Assembly (NCBI RefSeq): GCF_035084215.1 | Contig: NC_090360.1 | Location: forward strand, 16,740,001-16,804,000 | Direction: 5' to 3' | Length of the DNA stretch: 64,000 nt | Origin: Heptranchias perlo | Taxonomy: Eukaryota | Part shown: positions 24,391-38,397 of the stretch, piece by piece | Layout: every line of letters starts with the position of its first letter | Position numbering within the stretch: position 1 is the first letter of the stretch | The notes under the pieces: model-generated | Database searches by the model: none | Told to the model about the DNA's origin: nothing | Seen by the model: the letters and a program-made list of their open reading frames with translations, nothing else | Position numbers and translations under genes: made by a program

Positions 24391-26065
24391 CATTATATAT
24401 ACTATACATACACACACATGTACTAACCAATCTCCCATGGGTGAGGTTCCCTCAATGAGTCAGAGTTTATGTGTTTTACACCAATCTGTGTTATTCCATG
24501 TAATGCACAATGCATTCAGGGCCACCATTTTACAGTGGCTATAAAAGCCAATTTCTGATTTTATTACAAGGTATTCGAGGATTTTTATTGAGGTTTTAAG
24601 AGATTTAATGCCAAGGTTCTGTTTACTTTGTGAAAAGGATAAATCAGTGGCCTTGATTTTTCTTATATGTTTTAGCTATAGATTTCATTTTTTATCTTAA
24701 CTCACAGCATAAACAGGAAGACAATAGGCAAATTGTAGTCGACTGAAGGTGTGTATGCGGAATTTTAAAGTAATGAGGAGGGGCTTGTGTGGTGTAGGGG
24801 ATGCTGAGCTTTGTAGATAGACTCATAACTTTGTAGATAGACTCATCTTGTCCCTAGGCTGTTTCCGTAATGAAAAGCATTTTTATGTGGACAGGTCGTT
24901 ACCCTGACTCGCAACCCCCTACCAGCAGGACTGGGCTTTAGTAGGTTCAGTGGTGGTATCTCTCTACTGTTAAACAATACTGAGGTCTGGAAGCAGCATG
25001 GGAAAGCAGGTTCTGGGAGAAGATACCAAGTTTGAGGGCCACAGGGGCTGGAAGCACTTAGAAGGGTGCTGGTGTGTGCAGGAATGATGATATCCTTTGA
25101 TGTGTTAGAACTCCGGTAGGATTGGGTTTTCACAGTCTTAGGAGGGGGTTCTGGAGTGTGTTACTAGTAAGGATGGTTGGGTGTGGGACAATAGCAACAG
25201 TGTGGGAATATTGGGGGAGTCCTTCAATCTCAAGAGGAGGGGGAGTCGGATTGTTCCAGAAGAACTGGCAGGGGTGTGGGAACATTACGATAGTTCTGGT
25301 GCTGCTTAGGGGAGGGGAGTTCCTTAGTGTGGATGTACTGGGAGTGCAGTGTCAGAGATCTGGAGCAATTGGAGATGTATAGGGAGCTCATTCTAAATCC
25401 ATTTTACCCCATTCATTCCAGATGGCACTTAATAGTTAGGTAACCTATCCTTGTCGTTTGACCTCATTTCAAAGGGATGGTGGCAATAGACCAATGTAGA
25501 TCTCTGCCTTAGGAACAAATGTATATTGGTGGTTAGCTATGACATCTTCCTCTCAAGTCAGGAACTGCTACTTTGAGCACAGCAGCTTCCTCTATGGGTC
25601 AAATTACTTACCAGCATTCATTGTCTAGATTCAAATGGTGAATTTGCTCCAAACACAGATCAGCTAGTGTCATTTTGTACTGCTTTTCTAATGTGACACT
25701 AATTTCTCCCTCCTCACACTCTAGCTCAGTTACAGAGATATCTGACCTCATCTCCAAAATACAAAAAAAAATTACATATTGAACATTAAATGTGGGTGGT
25801 AACCTGTAGCTTATTTAGGTCCCCCTTAAGAATGGATCCCATGATAAGGATGACTCTACTTAGTTGGTCTGCATGTCGTTGGATAAGTTGTACCATGGCA
25901 CTGAAGCTTTGGCCAAAGTAAGGGTGTGATGCTAAGTCTGAATAATTGCAATATGCAACACCAAAATTACCAATACAGTCCATGAAGCTGCCTCCAATTG
26001 CTGCGTGTAGTGGAAATGATGTGTTTCCTTTAAATAAAACTCAATTACATTAAAGCTTTAATATA

Positions 26066-26071
26066 TTTATT
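26066..26071 (-). terminator. Candidate poly(A) signal AATAAA of the NFU1-family gene (3'UTR about 1.1 kb)
   Basis: Minus-strand AATAAA followed by T-rich sequence at the end of a TE-free AT-rich tract downstream of the stop. A more proximal AATAAA near 26856 is an alternative. Confidence 0.45.
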
Positions 26072-27182
26072 TCAACTGTAATAATATACAACCATTTTAC
26101 AATCTTTCAATTCACAAGCTTTGCCACTACTGTACAATACAGGAAAATGAGTTACTGCACTGTCAATATCAGTATTCAGTATTAGTCTCGTGAACAGTTT
26201 AAAACTTCAACAGTATTACTAACCCAAAGCTTTCATTAAACACCGCGAACAGCTCATTTTCTTTTAACTTATGTACAGCAAACATACTTCTCTTAGGCCT
26301 TTTATAGGCATATGTTGTTCATCCATCAAAAATAAGTATTTAAGTATTGTATTTTTTTTCTACTATATATGTACAGAGATGCCAGTAAAACTGCATTTTA
26401 TACATCTTGCTTCCATGGTACTTGCTCCCTCATTTTATATGGTGCTCTCTACATTTAGTTTTTGACAGGGTAGCCAGCATTTTATGCCCTACAATACTGG
26501 TGGTTCATGTTGATAGGTAACCAAAATATTTTGAGCTCCATAGTTCACTCTTTCTTGCTATGTTGGGTTCAGAGGCTAACAAAGAAAATGGCAAAAAAAA
26601 TATTTTTCAAACAGTGCACAGGCACCATCAAACTGAAGAGCAAGTTAATTTCCTTGTAGGAAGTGCATGGAACTGAATTGCCAAATAATTATTCAAATGT
26701 TCAGTTCACATGGCTGTGGCTTTGGTGCATACTCTATCGTAATAATGGATTGCAGCAGGTCTTAAGGTGAGACCCGATGCACATGAATGACCCAAAACAA
26801 AACAGGACCATTCCCTCCCCATCCTAAAGGAAAATCAGGCAAAATGTAAAATACTTTATTCCCTTCATGATAAAGTCTATCAAGGTGCAACCAGGTATTC
26901 GTCTCAGAAATTGGTATAGGAATGGGATTTGCCCTTCTCCCATGAAGATAGACAAACGGGAAGGAACTATGCAAATAAGGGAAATACAGGATAACAGAAA
27001 GAAAGAAAACCAATTGCAGAGTGCCGATTTGCGCCAGTCAATATTTCCTATGACATAAATTACGTTTCAAACAATAAATGAGACTCAGCTGATAGGGGAT
27101 CAAATTGAATCTCTAGCACAAGAGAGAAACCTTTTTAAAATCAAACTTCTCAATCCAATTCTGAAAAATTCAGCTAAACAAT

Positions 27183-27254
27183 TTACAAATCTTTTAATTT
27201 CTTCTCCAATTCTGAAAATGCTTTAATGTTTGCTTCATCTACTTCATCTTGGAC
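27183..27254 (-). CDS. NFU1: NFU1-family terminal coding exon 8 (72 nt including TAA)
   Basis: tttttttaatgcag| then VQDEVDEANIKAFSELEKKLKDL*; phase 0 matches exon 7. Confidence 0.88.
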   Translation of the reverse strand, partial: VQDEVDEANIKAFSELEKKLKDL

Positions 27255-28256
27255 CTGCATTAAAAAAAGGATCAAATGAGAAGTTACCAAAAAAAAAAGA
27301 ATTTCTAAGCCATTCTTGTACAGACTACAGTTCAACCTAGAAACAAAAACACGAAGTTTCCATAAATGTAAAGTTTAATAAAACATAAGTTTTTATAATC
27401 CATCAATGGTCAAGTTGTTCATGACCACCACTCCCCCACCCCCACATCACATCACTTGAATGAAATGGAAAATTCATTTTCTGGTATAATAATCAAGGCT
27501 TCGAAGAGGGGAAGAGAGGACTAGAAGCATTATAATTATGCAAGTAGGCAATATTGGAAACCTGGGAGTATTTTTAAGAACGAAGGATAAAGCTAGCTCA
27601 ATAAAAAGAAAACAAAGGCTTACAGTTGAAGATAGTTAAAATGGATGAATACAATTCGCTCTTCAATACTTTCATTTCAAAGCAACTAGTTTTTCCTAAA
27701 CTATTGGTTCATTTCAGAGTTAATTCTGAAAATCAGCACAAGTCTTTCCGCACAGATTATACACAATGGTGATAGATAACAACAATACAAACAATAATGG
27801 CTGGAAGCAGTAAGTAAAAGAAACCAAAAGGGCCAGGCTACTGACCGCAGTTGGAAGTTATCACAGATAAGGAGAAATGGAAAGGCAAAAGCACAAAGGC
27901 AATGGAGGAAGCTGATAAACATAATTGGATACAGCAGGGAACAGAAAGGATGATGAATAGATTGGAGCCAAGCTGAATTTAAAAGTGAGCAGAAAATGTA
28001 TTGAATTATCATTCTGAAAGCTACTGAACGTGATGCACCTGATAGTTTGGCACAGAAAACATGTAGTCCAATATACAAACTGACAGAAGCAAATAAACGG
28101 CAAAGGTCACTGTGACCAAAATCAAAGTTGGGGTTAGGCGTGCAGCAGAGCAGCTTGACCAAATCTTGGCCATTTCCAAATTTTACTAGGTAAATCGTTC
28201 CTAAGATGTTCCAGATAAGCACTAGACTTTGTATAACCAGGAGCTTCAGAGTGAAA

Positions 28257-29570
28257 CAAGAACACAAGAACAGAAGAAATAGGAGCAGGAGTAGGCCATC
28301 CAGCCCCTCGAGCCTGCTCCGCCATTCAACAAGATCATGGCTGATCGTCTACCTCAACGCCATTTTCCTGCACCATCCCCATATCCCTTGATGCTTTTAA
28401 TATCTAGAAATCTATCGATCTCTGTTTTGAATGTACTCAATGACTATGCCTCTATAGCCCTCTGGGGTAGAGAATTCCAAAGATTCACCACCCTCTGAAT
28501 GAAGAAATTTCTCCTCATCTCAGTCCTAAATGGCCTACCCTCTATTCTGAGTCGGTGACCCCTGGTTCTAGACTCCCCAGCCAAGGGAAACATCCTCCTT
28601 GCATCTACCCTGTCGAGCCGTGTAAGAATTTTGAATGTTTCATCAGCAAATTTGGAAATATTACATTTGGTCCCCTCATCCAAATCATTAATATAGATTG
28701 TGAATAGCAAGGGCCCAAGCACCGATCCCTGCAGTACCCCACTAGTCACAGTCTGCCAACCTGAAAAAGACCCATTTATTCCTACTCTCTGTTTCCTGTC
28801 TGTTAAACAATTCTCAATCCATGCCAGTATATTACCCCCAATTCCTTGTGCTCTAACTTTGTTCACCAACCACCTGTGTTGAACCTTATCAAAAGCCTTC
28901 TGAAAATCCAAATACACCACATCCACTGGTTCCTCCTTATCTATTCTATTAGTTACATCCTCAAAGAACTCCAATAGGTTTGTCAAACATGATTTCCCTT
29001 TCATAAATCCACGTTGACCCTGCCATATCCTATTATTTTCAAGTGTCCTGTTATCACATCCTTTATAATAGATTCTAGCATTTTCCCTACTACTGATGTC
29101 AGGCTAATAGATCTTTTGTTCCCTGTTTTCTCTCTAACTCCTTTTCTTAAATAGTGGGGTTACATTTACTACCCTCCAACGTGCAGGAACCGTTCCAGAA
29201 TCTATAGAATTTTGGAAGATGACAACCAATGCATCCACTATCTCTATAGCCACCTCTTTCAAAACCCTGGGATGTAGATTATCAGGTCCTTGGGATTTAT
29301 CGACTTTCAGTCCCATTAATTTCTCTAGTACTTTTTTTTACTAATACTAATTTCCTTCAGTTCCTCATTCTTGCCAGACCCTTGGTTCTCTAATATTTCT
29401 GGGAGGTTTTTTGTGTCTTCTCCCGTGAAGACAGACACAAAGTATTTATTCAATTTCTCTGCCATTTCCTTAATTCCCCATATAAATTCTCCCGTCTCTA
29501 TCTGTAAGGGACCCACATTTACCTTCGCTAGTCTTTTCCTTTTTACATACCTATAGAAGCTTTTACAGAA
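28257..29570 (-). mobile_element. CR1 LINE RT fragment with in-frame internal deletion
   Basis: [16 protein letters not shown]...SKFAD fused directly to ETFKIL...[14 protein letters not shown]; degenerate (caagaa)n-type tail at about 28257-28280. Confidence 0.93.
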
Positions 29571-29689
29571 GATGCTCTTGATGTCACATTTTATAAAGCT
29601 AATCTTTATTTCCAGACAGGCGCTGGTCTAGTAAGTTACGCTGCAACTTACTTTTACCTGCCAAAACAACAGTCCGATACCATCCTCAA

Positions 29690-29880
29690 AAGAGGATCTA
29701 AATATGAGGTGGAAGAAGTTTGCCCTTGGGAATGGATCACGATCTCATTTCGGGCACCTGGTGTCAACAACAAGCACTCCTGTGTCAACATTAGCGAGAC
29801 CAGCTGCAGAGTAAAGCTCCCTTTATTCGGCCCTAAAAATGTGCTTAAGCCCCAATCACAGACCATCTGCGTCTGGGCAA
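29690..29880 (-). mobile_element. LF-SINE-like 3' fragment
   Basis: cagctgcagagtaaagctccc...gtgcttaagcccc resembles blocks at 440-500 and 9540-9580. Confidence 0.45.
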
Positions 29881-30385
29881 ACACATTAAGTTGCAGCATA
29901 TCTTGGGTAGAACAGTCTTAGATTACATCAGTGTGACATGACAACTTCCCAAACCAGCTATTCTAGTAAAAGGAACAATTTAGTGACAAATTAGGAGCTG
30001 TTTTATGCAATGGACCCATACCCACCTCAAAACTGGATCAAGATTACTCAAACCCATTTTATTAAACCCCCTTACAAAGGAGACTTTTGCACATTCACAT
30101 GGATTGGATTCACACAAGGTCCCTGTGATAAAACAGCCATGTATTAACCCACTGTCCTACCCAATCTATCCATTTTTAAAATGAACATTTGGCATCTTGG
30201 TGTTGTTCCAATGTTCATGTTCCAATGTGGTTTGCCACATAGATTTTAGTTATGTAATTGTTTGGGAAAACAATGATTCTTTAGAAATAATTTGACCCAA
30301 CCCTTCCAAAGGCAAATCCTTCAACATTAAATTCCGAACAACTTACTTATAACAATTCTTCATGCAAATTATTTTCATACTTTAC

Positions 30386-30560
30386 CTGTTCTACTTCATC
30401 AACTTCAGGAATGTAAAACTGTAACATATTTTGGATTCCACTTTTTAAAGTAATAATTGAACTTGGGCAACCAGTACAAGAACCCACCAACTTCAGCTTC
30501 ACAATGCCATTCTCAAAACCCTTAAAAATGATATCTCCTCCATCCTCCTGCACTGTAGGC
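30386..30560 (-). CDS. NFU1: NFU1-family exon 7 (175 nt), NifU C-terminal domain with CxxC
   Basis: cttacag| ... |gtaaag. (R)[58 protein letters not shown]. Confidence 0.98.
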
Positions 30561-31237
30561 CTGTAAGTTTGAAAGAGAAGACAGCATCTTAATCTTTTAT
30601 GCTATCATTACAACTGGTGAGCTGTTTAAATATTGTACATTAAAAATGTACAAAATTAAAAATCATTATCTGAGGTCCCAGCTCTCAATCTTTAAATATT
30701 ACCTTCTATATATTTTAATCAAATCAAACTCAAAGGGTAAAAGTGCCTATCCTTTCAAGAGATTTAATGGTGGTGGTCATGGTGAAAAATGGAAAAATAA
30801 TGTTAAGACTCTGAAAATGTAGTTTGCTGTAAAACATTTACTTTTTCTTTCCTCTTGAACATTTCTATCTGGTTTCTTATCTTCTCCCTTCTTTATTTTA
30901 TACTTCTCTTTCTCTCTATATTTTGAGTTTTTTTCAGTATTTTTGGAAGGGAAACACCTTTTAAAAATATTTCAATCTTGCATAATACTGCAAATCAAGT
31001 TCAGATTTTTTTGTGAATGCTGAGGTGTAGATGTAAGCAGGCTTTGTATCTTAGGCTGTTAGACCTGGAGGACACAGGTTTAAAATGTATATAAATAGCA
31101 CCTTTAATGTAGAAAAACATCCCAAAGTGCTTCACATAGGTTTTAGGGCTCAAAAAATATATGCCAAGTCAAAGCCTCAAATGAAAATAGACATGAACCT
31201 TTTTCCTCCTCCTGACAGAGATGGTACACATAAAATG

Positions 31238-31324
31238 GTAACATTCTTTGGAATCCATTTTTTTTTAAAAAGTAATAACTGAACTTGGGCAATCAGTGCA
31301 AGAGGCACCAACTTCAGCTTCACA
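31238..31324 (-). pseudogene. Decayed partial duplicate of NFU1 exon 7
   Basis: Direct copy of about 30421-30503 with a frameshift, an A-run expansion and a stop; no splice sites. Confidence 0.85.
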
Positions 31325-32020
31325 TCGAAGTGTTAAAAGGATAAATCTTAAATAAGCTAAATCTTTAAATTTTCATTTTGAGATCAGGTTCATGTCTTCA
31401 CTTAATCTTTTTTTTCAGTGCAAACGAGTCTTGGGATCATTTTTGTCTCCTAACTGAATCCTCTCCATTGCAGCAATGCCCTTTTCAAGAAAACAGTGCC
31501 TAAACTGTGCACAGTATTCCAAATGTGGCTTCACCAGTGATATCAACACAAGGTCGGAACAGCATTTTTGAGTTCTGGTCTAATCCTAAGTATTTAATTA
31601 GCTGTGCAAGGCCGCAGGAAAAATAAAAACAAAGATGGGACTTGGTAGACCTGCACAGTGTACAAAGCACTATGCAAAGCACTTCGGACACAAGACGCAG
31701 CTTTACACAGATCAGTGCAATTACAGAGCAAGTAAATTCTTTGTTGGGTAGATACAGGAACACAGCCAATATTTGGTAGTGAAATAATATCCTTCAGGGA
31801 AGGAAGTCTACTGTCCACAAACAATCTGGCCTACATGTGACTCCAGTTCCACACAAACGTGATTGACTCTTAATGCCCCTTAAAGTTGCCTAGCAAGCCA
31901 ACAGTTGTAAACAATTGGCTTTAATAAGAAGAAAATCAGACGGACCTATCAGCAACTAAACGGCATTGAATCAGGATAAGATTGAGGCAATCTCAGCTCA
32001 GTCAATCCTGCAAAGTCAAA

Positions 32021-32810
32021 GAATCATAGAAAGGTTACAGCACGGAAGGAGGCTATTTGGCCCATCGAGTCCGCGCCGGCTCTATGCATGAGCAATCCAG
32101 CTAGTCCCACTCCCGGCCCTTTCCCCGTGGTCCTGCAAATTTTTTCCTTTCAAGTACTTATCCAATTCCCTTTTGAAGACCATGATTGAATCTGCCACCA
32201 CCACCCCTCAGGCAGTGCATTCCAGATCCTAACCACTCGCTGTGTAAAAAAGTTTTTCCTCATGTCACCTTTGGTTCTTTTACCAATCACTTTAAAGCTA
32301 TGTCCTCTGGTCCTTGACCCTTCCGCCAATGGGAACAGTTTCTCTCTATCTACTCTGTCTAAACCATTCATGATTTTGAATACCTCTATCAAATCTCCTC
32401 GCAACCGTCTCTGTTCCAAGGAGAACAACCCCAGCTTCTCCAGTCTATCCATGTAACTAAAGTCCCTCATCCCTGGAATCATTCTAGTAAATCTCTTCTG
32501 CACTCTCTCTACGGCCTTCACATCTTTCCTGAAATGCGCTACCCAGAACTGGACACAATACTTCAGTTGTGGCCAAACCAGTGTTTTATAAAGGTTCATC
32601 GCGACTTCCTTGCTTTTGTACTCCATGCCTCTATTTATAAAGCCCAGGATCCCATATGCTTTGTTAACCACTTTCTCAACCTGCCCTGCCACCTTCAATG
32701 ATTTGTGCACATATACCCCCAAATCTCTCTGTTCCTGTACCCCTTTTAGAGTTGTGCCCTCTAGTTTATATTGCCTCTCCTCATTCTTCCTATCGAAATG
32801 TATCACTTTG
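32021..32810 (-). mobile_element. CR1 LINE 3' portion
   Basis: 224-aa ORF CKVIHF...QRDLGV...NFFTQRVVRIWNALP; gaatcataga tail. Confidence 0.95.
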
Positions 32811-33169
32811 CAAGTCCTCCTCACTAATATTTGGGACTGGTGCTCAATTTGAGAGAACTATCCCACAGACTAGTCAAGCAACAGCCTGACAGTCATATTC
32901 AAAGAATCATAACTATCTATAACATTTTGGGATACAGTACATGAGTCATTTGAGACATGACATGTGGTAAGTGTAGCATGCTCGGGAGGAAAAAGGTGAC
33001 TTTGGACCCAAGATTCCCAAAGCTCTCCACCACCGGGGTTTTCCTCGCGTCATTTCTGGGTCTGTTGTAGACTAATTGATAGAGATTGATTGCTATGATT
33101 AGTCAACAACTCCATTATCATTGTATCATGCGACTATCAGAATGGTAGAAATTCCTACGTTCCTATATC

Positions 33170-35135
33170 AACCAACATCAGACTCCTCCATCACTATCCC
33201 TGGGCATGTCTTGTCCAACCAGCAGGATAGATCCAGCAGAGGTGGGGCAAGGTGATATACAGTTGTATGGGAGTGGCCCTGATGGTTCTCAACATTGATT
33301 CCACATCTCATGAAACCTCATGGCTTCAGGTCAACCAAGGTCAAGGAAATTTACTGATCACTACCTACTGCATCCATGAAATGATCAATCAATACACCTC
33401 CATGTTGAACTTCATTTGGAGGAAGCTCTAAGGGAAGCAATGGCACAGAATGTTCTCTGGGTGGAGGTTTTCAATGTTGACCACTAAGAGTGGTTTGGTA
33501 GTATCACCACTGACTGGATCACAGCAAAGCTCTGTAGCCCTACCACATCCAGTTGAGAATGGTGGCGGACAACAATGCAACTAACAGGGGGAAGCTCCAT
33601 GATCAGCCCCAATCTCAATCATGGTGGAGCCCAGCATGTGAGTGCAAGAAACAAGGCTGTATTTGCAAGTGTCTTCAGCCAAAAATGTCAAATGGATGAT
33701 CCTTTTTGTCCTCCTCCCGAGGTCCCTATCAGAGATAACAGTGTTGAACCAATTTGGTTCACTCCATGTGACATTAAGATGTGTATTGGACACAACACAG
33801 GCCATGGCCCCAAACAACACCCCGGCTATAGTGCTGAAGACCTGTGCATCAGAGCTAGCTGCTCCCCAAGCCAAGCTGTTCCAGTACAACTATGACACTG
33901 GCATCTACTCAACAATGTGGAACAGTGCCCAACGTACATCCAATCCACAAAAAAACAGGATAAATCCAATCTGGCCAATTACTACCCATCAAACTCCTTC
34001 CAATCATCAGTAAAGTAAAGGACGGAGTCGTCAGTAGTGCCATCAAGCAACGCACTCACCAACAACCTGTGCATCAATGCTTAGTTCAGATTCCGGAAGT
34101 ATCACACTGCTCCAGGCCTCATCGTTGCCTTGATCCAAACATGCATGCAAGAGTTGAACGCCAGAGGAGAGGTCAGAGTCGCCCCTTAACAACAAAGCAA
34201 CATTCAACCAAGTATGGTACCAAGGAGCCCTAACAAAACTGGTCAATCAGTGGCTATAGTCATACTTGATGCAAAGAAAGATGGTCGTGGTTGTCGGAGG
34301 CCAGTCATCACAGCCCCAGGATATTATTGCAGGAGGACCTCAGGAACATGTCCTTCACCCAACTTTCTTCAGCTGCTTCCATTCACAATTCGTCCAATAA
34401 TGCCAATCTTCAGCAGGACCTGGATAAGATCCAGGCTCGGGCTGATAAGTGGCAGGTATTATTTGCGTCACACAAGTGCCAGGTAATGATCATCTTGAAC
34501 CAGAGAAAGCGCAGCCATCTCTCTCTGACCTTCAACTGCACCACCATCACCAAATTCTCCCTGAACTGGACTGGCACCGTGGCTACAAGCACAGGGTAGA
34601 GACTCTGCAACAACTAGCTCACCTCCTAACCTCTCAAGGCCTCTCTACTGTTTACAAGGTTCAAATCAGGAGTGTAATGGAATATTAGCCACTCGACTGG
34701 AAGGGTGCAGCAACAACAACACTCAAGATGTTTGATACCATCTAGAACAGAGCAGCTTGCTTGATCGGTGCCCCAGCAGACTCAATATCGACCCCCTCCA
34801 CCACCTGTGACTGCAGTATGTAGAATCTACTGGGTGTATTACAGCAACTCACCAAGGTTACTTTGATAGCACTTCCACCACTGCGACCTAGATCACCAAG
34901 GGTGAGCAGCAACATCCTGCAAACAACTGCAAGGTCCCCTCCTTGTCACACACCATCCTGACTTGGACACATATCATTCATTCATTGTCAATATCCTGGA
35001 ATTCTGTATCTAACACCATGGTGGGAGTGTCACAATCACAAGAACTGCAGTGATTCAAAGAGAAGGCCCACCACCACCGTCTCGGGGCAACCAGGGATGG
35101 GCAATAAATGTGGCCTTGCTGCCCACATCCGAAGA
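33170..35135 (+). mobile_element. Decayed, internally deleted LINE (CR1/L2 group)
   Basis: LKTCASELAAPQAKLFQY, LQQDLDKIQARADKWQVLF and STVYKVQIRSVMEY motifs; same 3' tail as 20750-21082. Confidence 0.85.
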
Positions 35136-35163
35136 ACAAAAAGTATACAAAAAAACCAATTAC

Positions 35164-35236
35164 CTTATTCTTGTGTCCAGCAGTTCCTTAATCATTGCAA
35201 CCACTTCTTCATCCTCGTCGCTCTCCTCTGAAGGGG
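35164..35236 (-). CDS. NFU1: NFU1-family exon 6 (73 nt)
   Basis: tcgtttag| ... |gtaatt. (A)PSEESDEDEEVVAMIKELLDTRI(R). Confidence 0.96.
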
Positions 35237-36479
35237 CTAAACGATATTAAAAAAAAGATAAAATCCTTTGGTATAACTCTTTGCTCCCTTGCACCCCCCA
35301 CCCCCACCCCCCAAATAAATATTTCTAAATTGTAAAATAACTAAAAATTAATCTCCAGCAACAAGTGAGTGTCAAAATTTCTCACAAGAATCTGAACTTG
35401 GTACATACTGTTGATGCTGACCATCAGTGGTGAAACTACCAATGGAATAAATTACATGTTCATTGGAAAAGCATTTATATCTATACGAGATTGGCCATTG
35501 TTACACAGACCACGGGCCACAAAAGACTCAGGAGATTCCTGCTACTTATGATAATGTTATTTCTTCAATTCTAATTCCAGTTTCACCCACTGCACAAAAC
35601 TGCTCCTAATTTAGAACTAATTGGCAATTTCACTCAGAGACAGAGGATGAAAGCTGTAGGAATTGAATTATGTCACGGTGCAGTATGGAGTGCTCCCCCG
35701 ATGTTAGAGGCCGAGGACTATTATTGGGGGATAGTAGAGGGAGTTTTACACTGCAACTAACCATCAGCTTGATGGGTGCCCATTTTCAAGCACCAACATC
35801 TCTCACCTCGAGCAAAAAAAAAATCTGAATTTGAAGCAATATATTTAAAATGTTTTCCCCATCGACAAAACTCCCAAAACAAAAATTAAAAAGGATACAT
35901 AATAAATGAGCTGTATCTTTTAACACTTCAACGTATGGATCAAGGCCTTATTTACTCAGATGAAAGTAAAGATAAGATTTCGCATTTTTAAAAAGGGAAT
36001 TAGATAGTAACTTGAAAAAGAGCAATACTAAATGTTATGTTGAGCAAGCAAGAGTGGGATTAGACTGGGTGACTTGTGGGAGAAAAACATAATGGGTAGA
36101 CATGCCTGTTACAGTACTATAGTGTTGAATCTTTGATTTACTTTCACCTAACTAAACTATGCTTTTATCCACGATATCAAAGTATCTATGAATGCATTTT
36201 AACTTCACATTTTTACTTGGTGATGTGGCAATGTTAAACTGTCCAGGCAAAAATTATTATTTTTATTTAGTGAGCTTCAGGTGAATATTTACAGGTCGAT
36301 CAAATTATGTAAATATAACCTCAGCTATTCATACAAGAGAATTCAAAATGGCTCGCATGGTTCTAAAAGCAGAAGTTCCTGACAATACTGCTTGACTTGT
36401 TCAACATATTATGTAGATTAAAACTCCCTACAATAGTTTAATTGAACTTCAGAAAATTTTCAACAAAGCTCCATATTAA

Positions 36480-37500
36480 AGATTTATTAAACTGAAAGGC
36501 ACAAAAATCCAGAGTAGAATGTCAGACTGGATAAGAAGTCAGTTTAATAAAAATAGGATACTGAGTACTCTTGAGATGACCAACATCAAACGGGGGCAGG
36601 TGTTGAATGGACTCCCACACGAGTCAGTACATGGGGCCCCTGTTTTTAATCTAAATTAGTAATCTGGACATTAAAACAAATGTAATCTTAAATTTGCTAA
36701 CATTAAAATGGGAAGAGCTGCAGAGATAGGGGATAGAGCAAAAGATTTGAAGATTCATATATGTCAAGCGATTGCGTGGAAAGATAGCAAATTAAATTTA
36801 ACACTAATAAATATGTGGCACTGTGTACTGGCCCTCCGGCATACTGGATCACCACTCTCATTTACACATCTACAATTTCCTTTTTTAAAAAAAAATCTAG
36901 AATCTTTCCACATTGCTATTGAAAACAAGTATTTTTGTTGGAAGTGCCATCTTTTGGATGATACGTTAAACCGAGGCCCCGTCTGCCCTGTCAGGTGGAC
37001 GTAAAAGGTCTCATGAAGAAGAGCAGAGGAGTTCTCCCAGTGTCCTGGCCAACAATGATCCCTCAACCAACATTACCAAAACAAATTATAGGTCATTTAT
37101 TCTATTGCCATTTTTGGAACCTTGCTGTGTGCAAATTTGCTACCACGTTTCATTACAACAGAGACTGCATTTCAAAAGTACTTCAATGGCTGTGAAGCTC
37201 TTTGGGATATGCCAAGGTTGTGAAAGGCACTATATAAATGCAAGTTCTTCCTTTATTTACTGTGTTCAGTTCTGATCACCACACCACAATAAAGCATAAA
37301 CATGCACGGTAGAGAGTGTAGAGAAGAAAAAAAAATTATTCTAAGAAAATGGAATATTCAGTCAGGCAAAGTCAGAGATAAAAGCATCAGGACCATTCAA
37401 ACAGAGGAGGATGTTATGAAAGGAGAGTTAAGGAACTAGAGGGGTGAGCTTCAATGGGTCAAATGGTTTTACTCATCCTTGTGTTTTTTATGTTCTAGTT
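36480..37500 (+). mobile_element. Old CR1 remnant interrupted by a 5'-truncated Deu-domain SINE (about 36935-37252)
   Basis: RT-like remnants on both sides; SINE core cttttggatgatacgttaaaccgaggccccgtctgccc. Confidence 0.7.
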
Positions 37501-38397
37501 AAAATTTCAGATGACATTTTGCAAATGTATTAATATTAGTGTGATTAGTCATGTTGTTAGGTTAAATGCATTTACATGCATAAGAGAGCAAAGTGCCAAT
37601 AATTTGATCAGAAGGCTTAACTTTCTGCCAATAATGTGATTAGATTCTAAGGGAGCCAAAAGTGAGGTGATAACTTCAGTCTAAACTGAAGAGTTGATGC
37701 TGTAAAATTGCACAAAATATCTTCATATTTCAACAGTTCAATGACATCCCTCTCCCCAATAAACGTACAGGGCTACATGTCATTTGAATCCAGGATTATC
37801 GATCTGAAACGTTAACCTGTTAACATTCCTCTCTCCACAAATGCTGCCTACCCTGCTGAGTGTTTCCTGCATTTTTTGTTCTTATTTCATTAGATTCCTC
37901 ATTTTGTGCATGAGTGTAGTAAATTCTACACAGGCTGCCAGATATCTGAAATAGTATCCAGTTAGGAAAATGAAAAAAAGATAAACAAACAGTCATTCTT
38001 CATCTCATCCTATGTGACACACATCCCTGAATGGTTTATTGTTGGCATTTGACAGGAACTGGAACTTCCATGGCCCAGCACTCATTATTTGGCCTGCAGG
38101 AAGCATGATAGAGAGACTCCTGGTAAGGAGAAAATTTAGAGGGGAAAGAATGAAAAAAACAATGGGGATGACCAAATGTGAAAGCAGTCTCTTTGTAAAC
38201 ACCCATGAAAAATTGCCAAATTGTACGAGTGTGTTTGCATGGGAAGCTCATGACACGCTTAAAAATTTGCTCCCATTTAATTCATCTCATCATAGTACTC
38301 ACATGGCTGTAACAAAGGGTTCAGGCAAGAACCAGTGCAACACTGGATTAATCAGTTCTAATTCAAATTTCTAAAAAGCGCAAAGGCAAATCCTTAC

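Noticed and set aside
24810-24846. 20-bp tandem duplication (tttgtagatagactcat)
   Set aside because: Ordinary slippage duplication with no further structure.
27701-28267. 188-aa hydrophobic ORF as a membrane protein
   Set aside because: Reverse strand of A-rich, probably decayed LINE sequence in NFU1 intron 7; starts inside a CR1 tail.
37795-37890. Penelope-like terminal repeat with a possible hammerhead ribozyme (similar pieces near 48350-48410 and 62275-62335)
   Set aside because: Only the tgaaacgttaac half is present. The CUGANGA core and stems are missing, so no ribozyme can be supported.
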